A DNA stretch of 63,489 nt, filler included, from Reclinomonas americana ATCC 50394 (taxonomy: Eukaryota), in NCBI GenBank assembly GCA_048213135.1. It is 8 parts of 8 records of this genome, joined end to end, with 100 filler letters (N's around TTAATTAATTAA, not from the genome) between each part and the next. Parts side by side here need not be neighbours in the genome. Positions count along the whole stretch, not along the records: positions 6,643 to 13,022 come from AFZH01019017.1; positions 13,123 to 21,192 come from AFZH01019018.1; positions 21,293 to 25,261 come from AFZH01019020.1; 5 more parts are not named here. One strand, written 5' to 3'. This document shows, one piece after another, positions 12,470 through 25,361 of the stretch. A program made the translations under genes and the position numbers. Position 1 is the first letter of the stretch, and every line of letters starts with the position of its first letter. The notes below the pieces were generated by a model, which saw nothing but the letters and a program-made list of their open reading frames with translations, ran no database searches and was not told where the DNA came from.

Positions 12470-13403
12470 TGGATGCAGCACAGGTGGAAGGAAGCTCATG
12501 TGTTCTGAAGCAAGAGTTTCTTCACCTGGAGGCATCATCGATATCCGTCGTGCGTTTCCATCCACCGTGCGAAATTGCCTGGCGTCCTTCGAACTCTCCT
12601 CCGTCTCTTCGAAGGGGCAAAGTATGATGGGTTCCTCCGCGTCCTCAGCCAAGGCCAGTGTCGTCCGGTCGAGCCTGCGTTTCCTCTCGTGGAACGTATG
12701 GTTCGACAGGTTCGCCTTTGACAGCCGCGTGCAGCAGATCTTCTCCGTCGCCGAGGCCTCGGAAGCCGACTTTCTGTGCTTTCAGGAGGTTGGTTGGTGG
12801 ACCTCTCTCCTCTCATCCTGCTGCCCATCTCATTGCCTCTTGCTGCTGCGCAGGTCACACCGCGCTTCTTCTGCCTTTGTTGCGCGATGCATTGTGATGA
12901 TGGATGTCAAAAATAACTTCATCACTTACTCGTTGCTGATCGTCGCCAGTGGAGCGCCACCGATCGCTGACCCGCAACTATGTCATGTCGGCCTCACATC
13001 AGCAGCAAGTGGCTCCATACCANNNNNNNNNNNNNNNNNNNNNNNNNNNNNNNNNNNNNNNNNNNNTTAATTAATTAANNNNNNNNNNNNNNNNNNNNNN
13101 NNNNNNNNNNNNNNNNNNNNNNTCCTGTTCCACATGGAATCGCTCACACTATCACCACCACCGCACAGCACGAATCTGGTGCTGAGGGGGCACGGGGAAG
13201 AGACAATGCGCTACGACCGCATCTGCGCTCGTCTGTCGTCCAAGTGGGCGGCCACCAGCATCGAGATGATTGGCACCGAGGCGTTTGTCGATCCGGCGAC
13301 AGGGCACATGCTGCATGCGTCGGACCACTACGGCTTGATGGCGTGCATTGAGGCACGTGACGCAAAAGAGGCCCCACCATCGGCTGCTGCAGCACCACAA
13401 TGA
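12470..13403 (+). CDS. TDP2: TDP2-like EEP (endonuclease/exonuclease/phosphatase) protein spanning the gap at 13023-13122; start uncertain and middle missing
   Basis: LRFLSWNVWF...ADFLCFQE-VTPRFFCL-LERHRSLTRNYVMS..VAPY before the gap. RYDRICARL...IEMIGTE...ASDHYGL (catalytic SDH motif) after it. Confidence 0.75.
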
Positions 13404-13585
13404 ACGATATCGATGATCGCGGAGCAAGTGACCTAGGGGGCGGCGACTGCACCGTTCACTCAATCTACGAGGGCGACGGCATGCATGCACCGCAATAACA
13501 ACTATAGCGGGGGGGTTGGGGGGTGGGGGGGCGAAGGAGAGAAGAAAGAATGGGAGAAGGAAACGGTTTAGGCGCATTTCACGCA

Positions 13586-16500
13586 TTACAGCCACGGCTC
13601 CAGCGAGATGTCGGCAAGACTGGCGCCCTGTTGACCGGCGCACGTCTCCGCCACCATCATGTACGTGCTGGCCAACTTGGCATCGGCCTCGGCAGCACCG
13701 GCACGCGGGTACTTTTGCAGGAAGCGCGCAAACGCCAGTGGATAGATTGGCAGCAAGGTGTCGTGCTGAATGGTGGCGCACGCCAGCAGCGACGTGCGCG
13801 CCTTTTCCAGATCGCCCCGCTGCACGTACAGCAGACCGAGCCACAAATGCACCTGCAGCACGATCACAAACATGAGCATCAATTTAGGTGAGATGCGCGC
13901 ATACATGTCGCCACCACCAACCTCAGCATTGTTGCCATCGGGGAAGGAGAGGGCCTTCTCGTACAGTCGCTCGGCCTCTTCCAAGTTGCTCCGCACAATG
14001 TGGAAAAACGTTCCCAACTGCAAGAACGCCTGCGACATGGTCGGGAACTCGGTGGTGGTGGCAAGTGTCAGAATCTCCTCGGTGCGATCGGCGTCTTCAG
14101 GGCGCGCGGTCGCATACAGGAAGGTGCCGTAGGCCACAGTAATCTGGTAATCGTTCGGGCTGCGCATCACGACCGTGAGACAGAGGCGTGTGAATTGACC
14201 GGGAAAAAACACCAAACCTCAGTGCCACGGCCTTCTCGTACACCTCCTTGGCCTTGAGGTACTGGTCGTCGGGCATGGTGTACTGTGCCTGTGTCAGAGT
14301 GGCTTTCGGCAGACGGTGCTCGATCGACGCTCGTCGAGCCAGGAAGTTGCCGTACGAGGCGAACACCAGTGCCTTGTCGGGGTGCTGCTTCATGGCGTCC
14401 AAATAGGCGGCCTCCGCCTGCGGCCACTTGTCTTGCAGCATCAACAAATCGGCGTGCAGAACCATGGACTCGACGCGGCGCGGCCCGAGTCTCTGCAATC
14501 GTGCCACCACGGGCTCGACTTCACGCACATTCTACACACACACAAAAGAATTCGTGAGAACGGCGTCGATGATGGAAACACCAAGCACACTTCTCACACA
14601 CCGATGCCGTGAGCAAGAGCACTTCCGCGTACTTGGCGTTCGCATCAAAGTTCTTCGGATCGGCCACTGTGGCGGCGTACAGGTGCTCCTTGGCGCGGCC
14701 AGTCGTCAGCGACTGTCCGAGATCGAGCTCGAGCGATCCCAGGTGCCACAGAGCATCGGCATGTGTCTGCACGTGCACACGCGGGGTGAGACGACACGCA
14801 ACACCGCTGCCGTCACAGGAACACAGAAAATAATGCAGACCTTGTTGTACGAAATGGCCTTGCTGTACGCGCGACACGCATGCTTCGCATCCTTGAATCG
14901 CTGCTCGTACAGCAATCCGAGCTGGTAGTGCAGCTCGGCGTTCGTCGGCTGCACCTTCAGCAGCCTCTTGAAGAGAGTGCGAGAAACCAGCGGCTGGTTG
15001 GCGATCCGGTTCAAGAACCCAGCAAACACTTCGTTGAAGGCGAATGCTGCGTTCTGCGGTGGGCAGGCCATGGGGATGCCTATTCATCGTATATCTCGAC
15101 GTGAGACTGCAGCCGCACGAGGATTGCATGCACCCGGCCGCTGCTTACCAAGTTCAAACACGTCGGTGGGATGAATCGGCACGGAGAGGAACAACAGCGC
15201 CGGCAAGGCCAAGTGTTGCAGGATGACCGACACTGGAACCTCGGCCGGTACTGCCGGCGAAGACGACGACGACGATCCCTCGACCGCATCCACACTGCCG
15301 CCGCTGACTGACGAAGCAAAGGCCGAGTAGGCTGCCGCAGCAGATTCGGCGTCATCGCGACCGAGCAAAAAGTAGAATGCAGAGTTGAGCGCCAGAGTTG
15401 GATTGCCTGCATTTGGCTGTCAACTTCCAAGTGGTGTGACCATCGGCTCCGCGACGACACCATCACGCAACTGCGCCAGTCCACATTCTTCATCAGCCGG
15501 GTGGCCACATCAGCCTTCTTCCACAGTACAAGAGTGATGACATAGCACGAGAGGCAGGCCGGCGATCCCGGGAACAGCTTCATCAGCTGATCAAGCGCGG
15601 AATAATATCTCGTCGTGAGAACGCGACAGTGGAGGAACAACAGTTGACACAGACGACGAAAGAAAGTACCTCCTTGAAGGCCGTCTCGCCCTGCTTGAAG
15701 CTCACATTGGCCCACAGATGCAGCGCACGCAGCATGTGCACGTACTCGTCCGCAGGCGCGAGTGCAGCAGCCGTGTCGAATGCTGCCGCCGCGGTGACGC
15801 GGTCACGAGATTTGAGCCATCGCACCAGGCCAACTTCGCTCGCGAACCCTGCGCGAGCCGCTGGATCGGCGACTTCCGAACTGGCACTATCGAGAGACAA
15901 CCAGAATGCAATTTGAGTGATAACTAAAAGGAAGCAACAGATTCCACAGCCGGCGACGCACGCTTCGAGCAACAGAATTGCATTGTCGGGTTTGTTCTCC
16001 ACGTACGCCAACTGGCGTGCATAGCTCGTTACCGCCTGCAAGGAAGTGTGTGAATACTGTGTGCCTCAAAATGCAAGAATGCAGATGTGTGGAGACGGAG
16101 GCAACGCAACGACCGTCGACTGCGGATCCAATTTCACTGCCTCCTGGAACAACTGGCTGACCACGTCGACTGGCTGCTGCGAGGCCACGGCAGACACGGC
16201 GGCAGTGAGCTTCTCGCCGGCTGCGTCAGAGAGGATGGACGGCGTGAGCACAGGTGAGTTGTCGCATGCACAGCTGCACGGACGCAACATTGATCCGACT
16301 GGCGACGACCATCAAAGAGCGAGCGGAACGGGTTCGGCACGTCAGCAACCGGGGCCGGAGGTGCCGACGGTGCTGGTGGAGGTGGTGGTGGGCTGGCCGG
16401 CGACGCCACAACAGGCTCGGGAGTGGCCGGTGGCGATACGACTGACGGCGCAGGCGAATCGACAGCAGCAGTAACCACGGCATTCTTCTTCTCTCGCAGA

Positions 16501-18223
16501 CGTGCCTTCTTCTCCTGATGGCGCAGCTGCTTTGCCGTCAGACGTGGGGGAGATGTCACAGAGCCAGCAGCCTTCTCTGCGTGCTCCTTGTCATCAGAAG
16601 GCGAATTGCCGCCGGATTCGTCACTCTCCTCCACCTCCGCCTCCTCCTCCACTTGCACTTTCTCTTCGACCTTCACCGGTTGCTGCTTGCCCGCCGCAAC
16701 GGTGACGGTTACACACTCCTCATGCGTTGCAGTGGCGACAGCGGTGGTCGTGGTGGTGGTAGTGGTGATGGTGGCGGTCGTCGTGCTGTTGCTGCTGCTG
16801 TAGCTGCGAGTGTCTGTTGCCGTTACCGACGCGCTCACCACCTTGACGGCTGCATTCTCCGCAGACGACGAGACGGGCTTCGGAATCGAAAACACCGTCA
16901 CCGGCGGCACGTCGTCACCAAAGAGACCGCCAATCACCATGGTTTCCGCCTCCGCGGCAGGCGCGACGGGGGAAACGTGACCATTCGCCTTGGGCGCTTC
17001 CACTGGCTTCGGTGCTGTAGCCGCGGCAACGACAGCAGGCTTCGGAGCCGGAGCAGCGGTGACAACAGGAGCTGGCGCTGCTGCTGCCTTCGGTGCCGGT
17101 GCCGGTGCTTGGACCGGCTTGGCAGGAGCGGCAACCGGAGCTGCAGCAGGCTTCGGTGCAGGCTTCGGTGCTTCCGCAGAGACTGGAGCCGGTGCTGGGG
17201 GAGCAGCTGCAGCAGCAGCGGGCTTGGGCGCTGGCTGTGCGGCGGCGACAGGCTTCGGAGCCGGAGCTGGAGCAGCAGCTGCAACAGCAGCGGGCTTGGG
17301 TGCGGCAGGCTTCGGTGCCGGAGCAGTGGCCACTGGAGCTGGAGCAGGCGCAGCAGCAGCAGCAGCAGCGGGCTTGGATGCCGGTTTGGGTGCCTCTGTA
17401 GCAGCTGGCCTCGCCGCAGCAGGCTTCGGTGCCGGAGCAGCAGCCACTGGGGCCGCAGCAGCGGCCACTGGAGCCGGAGCTTGAGCAGCAGCAGCAGCGG
17501 GCTTGGGCGCGGCAGGCTTGGGTGCCTCCGCAGCAGCTGGCCTCGCCGCGGCAGGCTTCGGCACCGCTGGAGCTGGAGTGGCAGCAGGCTTGGGCGCGGC
17601 AGGCTTTGGTGCCTCCGCTGCTGCTGCTGCTGCTGCCTTCGCCTTCGGTGCCGCCTTGCCGTTCTGCGCCGGCTTGGCGGGCGACACCACCACCTCAGTC
17701 GCGCTCACTTGCTGCTGCTGCGGCTGTCGCTGCGGCTTTGCAGGCGCCGCTGTCGTCACCACAGTTGTGCTGCTGACGACCACGGCGGCGGCCGAGGCCG
17801 CAGCGGTCGCAGATACAGTGGACACTTGCTCCTCACTGCGTCCTCGCGTGACGGGTGATGCCGCGGTGACTGTGGCGTGCGGACGGGGGTGTTGGTGGTC
17901 GGAGGTGAGTGAGCAGATGTGCATGTGCACCAGCAACACAAAAACGCGACGGAACTCGTGGAGAGCGTGAACTCGTCCATTTGCACAGAGGCTGGGCTTG
18001 CAGGAACCTGCTCCTGTTGCTGCTGCTGCTGCTGCGAGCTGCTGCGACGATTCATCATGTGTCGCACGCCAGCGGCGACGAGCTGCCAGGTGGAGAGCGA
18101 GTGAGTGCGACATGTCCTCCGCAGCGGGCAGACGAGAGGGGAGAGGGAGAGGGGGAGTGCGCATACCGGCAGAGAGGCCGCCACAGTGGCAAGCAGCGGA
18201 ATGAGAGGATTCCCCTCGGACAT
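13586..18223 (-). CDS. TPR protein with an N-terminal hydrophobic anchor and a long Ala/Pro/Lys-rich repeat linker
   Basis: ATG 18223 gives MSEGNPLIPLLATVAASLP-LVAAGVRHMMNRR. Then a long exon of (A)nPKPA repeats, then TPR-like exons (AEAAYLDAMKQHPDKALVFASYGNFL; LEEAERLYEKALSFP; AELHYQLGLLYEQ). Stop at 13586. Confidence 0.65.
16990..17680 (-). repeat. Coding tandem degenerate repeat encoding APKPAA/AAAP units
   Basis: Recurrent gcaggcttcggtgcc / gggcttgggcgc motifs on the + strand; translation EAPKPAAPKPAA recurs. Confidence 0.85.
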
Positions 18224-18440
18224 GGCGTTCTCCGAGAGAAAAATGTAGAGTGTGACAAGTTTTGTCGGATTGCTTGCTGCTCGGTGGACTTCATTTCGCG
18301 AAGCGTAAAGAAAAGAGAGGAAAAGCCACGCAGGGCAGCGACCATTGAAGTACATAACGCGCATATGTAAGGTGAGAAAGAAGAAAAAAACAAACAGAAA
18401 AGAAAAGATCAACAGTCAAAACTGGCGGCGATGAGCTGGC

Positions 18441-21192
18441 TCACACCTGCGCCGCCGGGTAAGCACCCGAAGGGTGCTGGTTGACGCCGCTGCCGTATGG
18501 CATGCCTGCGGCGTACTGCGGCTGGCGACCTGGAAGTCGGCCGTTGTTGTTGGCGTTGCCGACAGGGCGCGTCAGTTCGTTCGGCTCGTCGTCGTCGGTG
18601 TACGCATCGTCGCCCTCCTCGATCAGGCCCTCCTGCTTGAGCAGCGCCTGCTCCTCGGCGAAATCGGTCCACGCTCGGCTCTTCGTCACCCTGTATAAGC
18701 AGCGAATCAGTACGCATGCACCGACATCTGCAGTTTTGCTGCACGAACCAGCCAGGCACGTCGGGCACCAGATACTTCAGCAGGAACATGACCAACATGA
18801 AACCGTGCTGAATCACAATGAAGGCAAACAAACGAGCGTCCCACGCGCTGAGGTCGATGCTGTGAACGGCGAATCGTGTGAGGGGGAGACGACGGGTGAC
18901 GCACACGGGCGATCAAGGGAACGAAACTTCCAGAAGGAGGTAAAGGCCGTCGACACAATGGTCATCAGCAGGGCATTGACCACAATCGAGATGAACACAA
19001 TAGTCTCCATCACGAACTGCCACGAGCCTATAATAAAAAAAGGTGAGACAGTCAGTCATCCATACGTAATGCCTACTATACACACACGCACCAATATTCT
19101 CGGCGCCATCGGGTGGCGGGCGCTGGTTCTCTCGCAAAATCTTGACAGCGTCGATGCGGATTTCGAAAATGTTGTTGAGGAAGGCCAGTGCCGGAGCCCA
19201 GGGGAACGCAAAGGTGAACATGGTAACGTAGCCAAACTGCACCGCCAGCTCGGCATAGTCGTCAATCGGGCTCTCGTACGGTCCCTGCGTGTTCTGCACG
19301 TCCAACGGCGACGGCAAGCGCAAGCCCTCGCCCAGCTTGGCAGCGTTGCGACGATCGATGCAGGCGCGGATCTTGGTCTTGATGGTCGGCAGCATCAATT
19401 CGATAATGTTGCCCACAATCTACAACGCGGTGAGCACGCGAGACAAGACACAAGGCACAGCAAGGAACCGCAGCAGCAGCAGCACGCACTTGCTTGACGG
19501 TCAAGTTGATCAGCAGCTGGAAGAAGAGCTCCTGCATGCGCGTCTGGCCGAGCACCTGGTACGAGCATGCTTCCGGCACGGCGTTCGGGTCGGCAGGATA
19601 GTTGGTGTTGATCTTGTAGCGGCCGAAAGCGATCAGGAAGAGCGCAATGTTGGAGTTGACGAATTGGAACGAGAAAGTCTTCAGGATAAGTGCGTTCTCG
19701 TAGTCCGTCTTCGTGCGGTAGTTCTCCCAGTTGTTGCAAGCCACGCACACCATCTTGAAAATGATACCGAAGACCACCATGGCAACCACATTGACGATGC
19801 TGCACCCATCATCATCATCACCATCATGTGAGCAGGTTGTGCAAGATGACAAGTCGAACTCTGGGACGCAACGCGGTGATGATGCTCCACTTGGACGCAA
19901 GCTTGCCATTCTCGTCGGACAGGTTGTACTTCCAGTTCTTGATGTACACGGCGACGATAATGGTCGCGGCGAGCTGTGTGGCGGAAGGTAATGGATGTCA
20001 GCACCACGACGAGGGGAAGGAAGGAGAGAAGAGGAGGAAAAAGAGATACACACTCACCACCAGGGCAATTAGAGGACCAGTGACCACGTACGTGAGGTAG
20101 CGGCGAATGGTGGGGTAATAGTGCTCGTACTTGACACCGGCGATGGACTTGGAGACACGAATGGGCAGCTGGAACTTGAGGTCGGGCATTTTCCGGTTCT
20201 TGTCGTCCTCGTTCACAAACGGGCGGATGAGTTCCATCGGGCGCTCTGTGGATCGGTCGACGAATTGCTCGCGGATGTTTTCCTGCAAGCACAGTGAGGA
20301 AACGGGGGGGGGGGGGGGGGAGAGCGTGTCTGCAGCCACTAGCGACAAGAACGCACCGACTCCTCGTAGTCCTCCATGCCCCACAAGTGGGCCTGCTTGT
20401 TTTGCCTTCGTTTCGAGAACTCGTTGAAAAACGTCGCCCACACCATGGTGACAAAGGCCAGCGCCGGTGACAACACGTTGTCCCAGCGCACGGAGTAAAT
20501 GGTGATCGCTGAGCTCTTCTGCGGGCAAGCGTCGAACTTGCCTTGCACAAGACTGTGCACGAGGACGTGGTGAATGGTGCTGTTTTGTCGCAGAACGGAT
20601 GCTTCGAAAACAAGAACGCAACGCCAGAATGCCAACACCAATGCCGACAATGGCGAGGAATCCCAGCCACAGCGTCAACGAGCCGATCCAGTCAAAGTAG
20701 AACGCCACCTTTTCACCGAGGTAGGCACGAATGCCGTCAATATCCTGGCGAGTGAAGATGCGACGGAAGCTGGCCCACGTGGTCTGCAACATTTGCTTAC
20801 GCGGCTCATCGTGCAGCGCAATCAGGCGCTTGATGCGACCTGCCTTGCCCGACTTGGCGTTGATCTTCTTCTCCCTCTCGAGCTCTAAGCACCGCGCACG
20901 ACGTGAGAGGGGGGATGAAAGGAAGACGCAGGGGGGAGACAGAGAAGTGAGCGCAACTGATATCACAGCCGCCGACCTCCGAACGAGCAGTCAGCTTGAG
21001 CATGATCAGCTGCTGCTTCTGCGCCGGTGAAAACAGCGACTCGTAGCCCGGCGTCTTGTCTTGCACCTCAAACTTGTGGCGCTCACGCACACTGAACGGC
21101 GCCACACCAGGCACCGGCTGATCCGTGGTGGTCGGACTCTGCGCGCAGAGCAGCAGTCGGTAACACGCGCACACACACACACACACACACAC
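18441..21192 (-). CDS. ANO: Anoctamin/TMEM16 family Ca2+-activated channel or scramblase, 5'-truncated
   Basis: IRAYLGEKVAFYF; WENYRTKTDYENALILKTFSFQFVNS; DDYAELAVQFGYVTMFTFAFPWAPALAFLNNIFEIRIDAVK...QRP...AENIG-SW are anoctamin hallmark motifs. Confidence 0.92.
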
Positions 21193-21292
21193 NNNNNNNN
21201 NNNNNNNNNNNNNNNNNNNNNNNNNNNNNNNNNNNNTTAATTAATTAANNNNNNNNNNNNNNNNNNNNNNNNNNNNNNNNNNNNNNNNNNNN

Positions 21293-24200
21293 GAAAAGGA
21301 GAGCGTGCAGAGGAGGTGGAAGAAGAAGAAGAAGAGGAAGAAGAGGCAGAGGAGGTGCGTCGCGAGCGGGAAGCCGATGTCGAGCGACGCCGAGTGGCAG
21401 CCGCCGGACAGAACTTGGCCGCAGTGTTGTGCGACCCCGATGGCACAGTTGCGTGCGCACATACACACACGTGTTTGTGTGTGTGAGGGAGAGAAAGAGA
21501 TTGATTGCTGATTTTTTGGCGCGTCATTCCTCTTCTGTGCGCAGGCGGAATGGTTGGCACCGCTGCGTGAGCTGTGGGCCGAGCAGGCGACCGCCAACCT
21601 GTCGCTAGACGCACTGCGTCGCATCAACATCACCGATCACACCATTGAGGAGTTCATGCCATACATTCGCCGTGTCAAGGATGTTGAGTGCTCACTCCTT
21701 CTCCCTCTCTTTGTGCATGTGCATGTGCTGATCGTTGGCGCGCAGGTGTATGCCACGTTTGTCGCCGATCGCGAGGCCGATCGGTATCAGCGAGAGCAGC
21801 AGCACATTCACGAACTGCAGCAGCAGGTGGCGCCGAGGCGGCGCAGGAGAGGGCGGCAGGAGGCGAGTGGAGCGGCTGGTGCGGCGGTGTCCAGTGCGTT
21901 GCCGCGTATCCCGGAGGTGTTCATGGATCCGGCGTTTGACTTGCGCAATCCGGCCACGTTTGAGGCCGTGTCGAGTGTCAGCGCGACACCGCTGTTGTTG
22001 CAAGAAAAGGTGCACTTACCCACCCACCGCCTTGTTCTTCCGCTCCTCGTTTACGCCGCATGCTCACAAACCGATCCACTCCTCTGCACAGCTGTCGTTT
22101 TACATGGACCAGGTGGAGATGCACATTCTGAAGGAGGTGTCGGCACGAGCACAAGCCTTTTTTCGCCTGGTGACGGTGTTCCAGGAGCTCCACGAGTCGG
22201 TGGCAGTGGTGCGACAGTGCGCACACAACTTGCGCACGCAACTGCAGCGTCTCGATCGTGCCGTCCTCATGAGCCGTCTGTCGCTTCTGCAATGCGAGCG
22301 GCGGAAGCACAACTTGAAGCTGCTGCTGAAGAAGATGGAGTGTGTGGCCGCCGTCAAGTCGACAAAGCAAGACATTGCCGAGCTGCTCGCCCGCGAGAGG
22401 CACGATGCCGCCATGCAGGTGGCAGAACGCAGTCATCGCATGGTGACCGCGCAGCAGCTTGCCGATCTGGCGTGTTGTAGGTTGCGTGCTTTTGCTTCGA
22501 CGGCTTCCATGTCTTCTTCTTCCATGTGTGTTCACTGAATCGCGACGCAGAGTACTGATTGCGCAGAATACCGACGCCGTGGCCGAGGTGCAGGATGCCA
22601 TGTGTGATGCGCTTGTGCGCACGCTGCTATCGTGGTTGGAACCGTCACCATCGGCGTCGAATACAGAATCGTCGCCGGCGAAACCGGGCGACCTACCGTC
22701 GTCGTCGTCAGCTTCCCTGTACTCCCCGCACCTGCGCATCGTTCGCGGGCTGCTGTCACGCGGACTCCTCGTGCGTGCCGTCGAAGGCGCACGACCGTCA
22801 ATTCTGCTGCTGGTCAAGACCGCCGTCAAGGATGCCGTGGAGACGGCTCTTGGTGTGTACGGTGACGACGATGCGTTGCTGCGAGCCACGAGCAGGCAAG
22901 TCTCTCTCTCTGCTGCTGTATCGACGTCGTCGTCGTCATTGCACTCACGTGTGCACATCAAACAGCGAGGAGCGACGTGTACTGTCGCTGCCGCAACGCA
23001 TCCGCGAGTTGTCGCATGCACAGTTCATGTTTGTGCTGACCACCGTGTTTGGTGGCCTCATGGATCTCATGGAGAGACTGGGCACCGTCAGCTTTCGGTT
23101 TCTCATGGATGCAGCCGGCGAGGCGTTGGCCTGCTGTGAGGAGGGCGTCTTTTCTGCGCCACAAATCATGTCGGTCTGCGATCAAGTGCAGGTCAGTGCC
23201 AGCACCAGCAGCAACATGTTTGCGTTTGCGTCGCGACTGACCGTTGTGTCGACAGAGTGCGTGCGTGCACACGCTCGTCAGCACGTGCGAGGCGTGCTAC
23301 ATGCGCACCGAGCAGCTGTTGCGCATTCGATCGGAGCAGCACACAAGTTCGTCACTGATGGTGTCGGAGGCGACCGAGCTCATGTCGGTGACGCTGGCAT
23401 TCTCCGATCGTGCTCGAGAGCTGGCGGTGCACTCGCGTGTACATCGCTGGTCGTGGCACCTGGTGCCTGTGCGCGCACCCAACGTGCTCCCGGTGGCGTC
23501 GCTGCAGCCGCCTCCACCGCCATCTACCGTCGTCTCGGTAGCCCTTCGCAACTACGTGCAGTCGCTTGCCCGCGACGTGGTGACGGCCATGTACGAGCGC
23601 ATGCTCACGAAACTGACAGAGGTGTTGGATCGCGAGAGCTGGAACATTGTCGAAGCCCCGTCGCAATTCCAAGACATGATCGGATCGTTGACGCGCCAGC
23701 CGGCGTCGTCGTCGGCAGTCCCCTCCACTGCGCAGCAATCAGCACCACCACCACCACCACCACCTGCGCCGTCATTACCAACGCCGTCGGCCGAGGCTTC
23801 GACTGGCGAATCAGGAGTGGGACCATCGGGAGCGCAGGAAAACGGTCATGTGACAGGCGCCGACGGAGAGCAGAAGCCCGCAGCAGCTGCGCCAACGCCC
23901 ACAGTGCCAGCGGTGCCAGGAAGCACAGAAGCGGCTGCGGGGCCGGCACGTGCCGCCGGTCGTCTGGTCATCAACGGTTCCAGCTATGTGGCTACCACCT
24001 CGCTGCTGGAGATTATCAAGATTCTGCACGAGCTTGGTCGTGTGGCGTCGCAAGTGCCGCACACTGCGTACGAACCGGTGAAGCGCATGGCGGAGCTGAT
24101 CAAGGTGCCGTGGGCTCGTCTGCTCGCTCTCCCTCCCCGTGATCATTGACCTCACGTGAAAACCACGCAGTTCTACAACTCGCGAACGTGCCAGCTGATT

Positions 24201-24985
24201 CTCGGCGCCGGTGCACTGCGTGTGGCCGGTCTCACCACCATTACACCAAAGCACCTCGGTTTGTCGTGCCCCTAGCTTGCTTGGCTGCCTGCGCAACGGG
24301 TGTTCTGATTCGTGTCTCTCTCTCTCTCGCTCCAACACAGCCTTGTCGGCACAAGGTGTCGGACTGCTGGCGGAACTGCTGCCCCTGATTCGGCAAGATC
24401 TGCGTTCCAAGCTACAAGAGGCGCGCATTGCACACCCGGATGCCATGCTCACCGAGCTGGGCGGCGGCCTGGTCAACGATCTGCGAGAGCACCAAAACAT
24501 GATCTTTGACAAGATCGTGTCGATCATGCAGGACCGCCTGCAGGAGCACACCCGCCGACTGGAGAGCAACGACTGGGAGGCACCGATCGAAGGCGCAGCA
24601 CCGTCGCCCACCGCCGTTGGAGCGGTGATGCTGGGTCCACCGTCGCCGTACATCACCGCCATGCTCAAGGAGGTGCAAATGGTATCTCGCGTGCTGGCCC
24701 GTCTGCTCACGCCCGACCAGTTCCAGCTCGTCGTTGGCCAGATCGTGGGCACCTACGATCGCGAGCTCATGGAGCAATTCGACGCACTGCAGGTGGCCTC
24801 CGACGCCTCCATCATGAGGTGCGTCGCACTTGTCGAAGCACTGTAGACACCCGTCAGCTCATCGTCGACGCAGGTTACAAAACGACATTGCATGCATCCT
24901 CGACGCCTTCTCGGCCTACCGCGACTACATTGAGAATCCGGGGCAGTCGCTGCGCGGCTTCCTGCATCGTCTGCAACTGAGATGA
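21293..24985 (+). CDS. VPS54: VPS54 (GARP complex subunit), 5'-truncated
   Basis: GQNLAAVLCDP; IPEVFMDPAFDLRNPATF; LLQEK-LSFYMDQVEMHILKEVSARAQAFF; FYNSRTCQLILGAGALRVAGLTTITPKHL-ALSAQ. The last exon ends HRLQLR* at 24983-24985. Confidence 0.92.
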
Positions 24986-25048
24986 ATGAACGTCGTCGTC
25001 GTCGTTCGCAATCCGAACCTCGTCCCACAGAAGTCCACATCTCCGTCG

Positions 25049-25192
25049 ATGCGAGTGAGCACGCCCCTTCGCGTCACACTACTCGTGACAGTGTGTGTGC
25101 TGCTGGTGCTTGCTGTGTCTCCGGGACAACACCCCACCGCCGATGCCAATGTGATCAAGGCCACTGTCGATGCATGGGGCGACTCATTCTTG
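25049..25192 (+). CDS. First exon of an unknown secreted or membrane protein (rest lost in the gap)
   Basis: MRVSTPLRVTLLVTVCVLLVLAVSPG signal-peptide-like sequence followed by a GTGCGT donor. Confidence 0.5.
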
Positions 25193-25361
25193 GTGCGTCA
25201 AACCTGCTGCGGTGGAGCAGGAGAAGAGTGCAGACACAGGGAAAGACACACATGCACAGAGNNNNNNNNNNNNNNNNNNNNNNNNNNNNNNNNNNNNNNN
25301 NNNNNTTAATTAATTAANNNNNNNNNNNNNNNNNNNNNNNNNNNNNNNNNNNNNNNNNNNN

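Noticed and set aside
12498..13403. EEP domain as a LINE retrotransposon endonuclease
   Set aside because: It contains spliceosomal introns, stops soon after the SDH motif and has no reverse transcriptase, which fits cellular TDP2.
16518..17970. Long + strand ORFs (Gly/Ala- or Arg/Ser-rich)
   Set aside because: Antisense shadows of the GC-rich Ala/Pro/Lys repeat exon on the minus strand.
21377..21447. ATG at 21377 (MSSDAEW...) as the VPS54 start
   Set aside because: Wrong frame. The conserved GQNLAAVLCDP motif and the splice phase use another frame that is open back to the gap.
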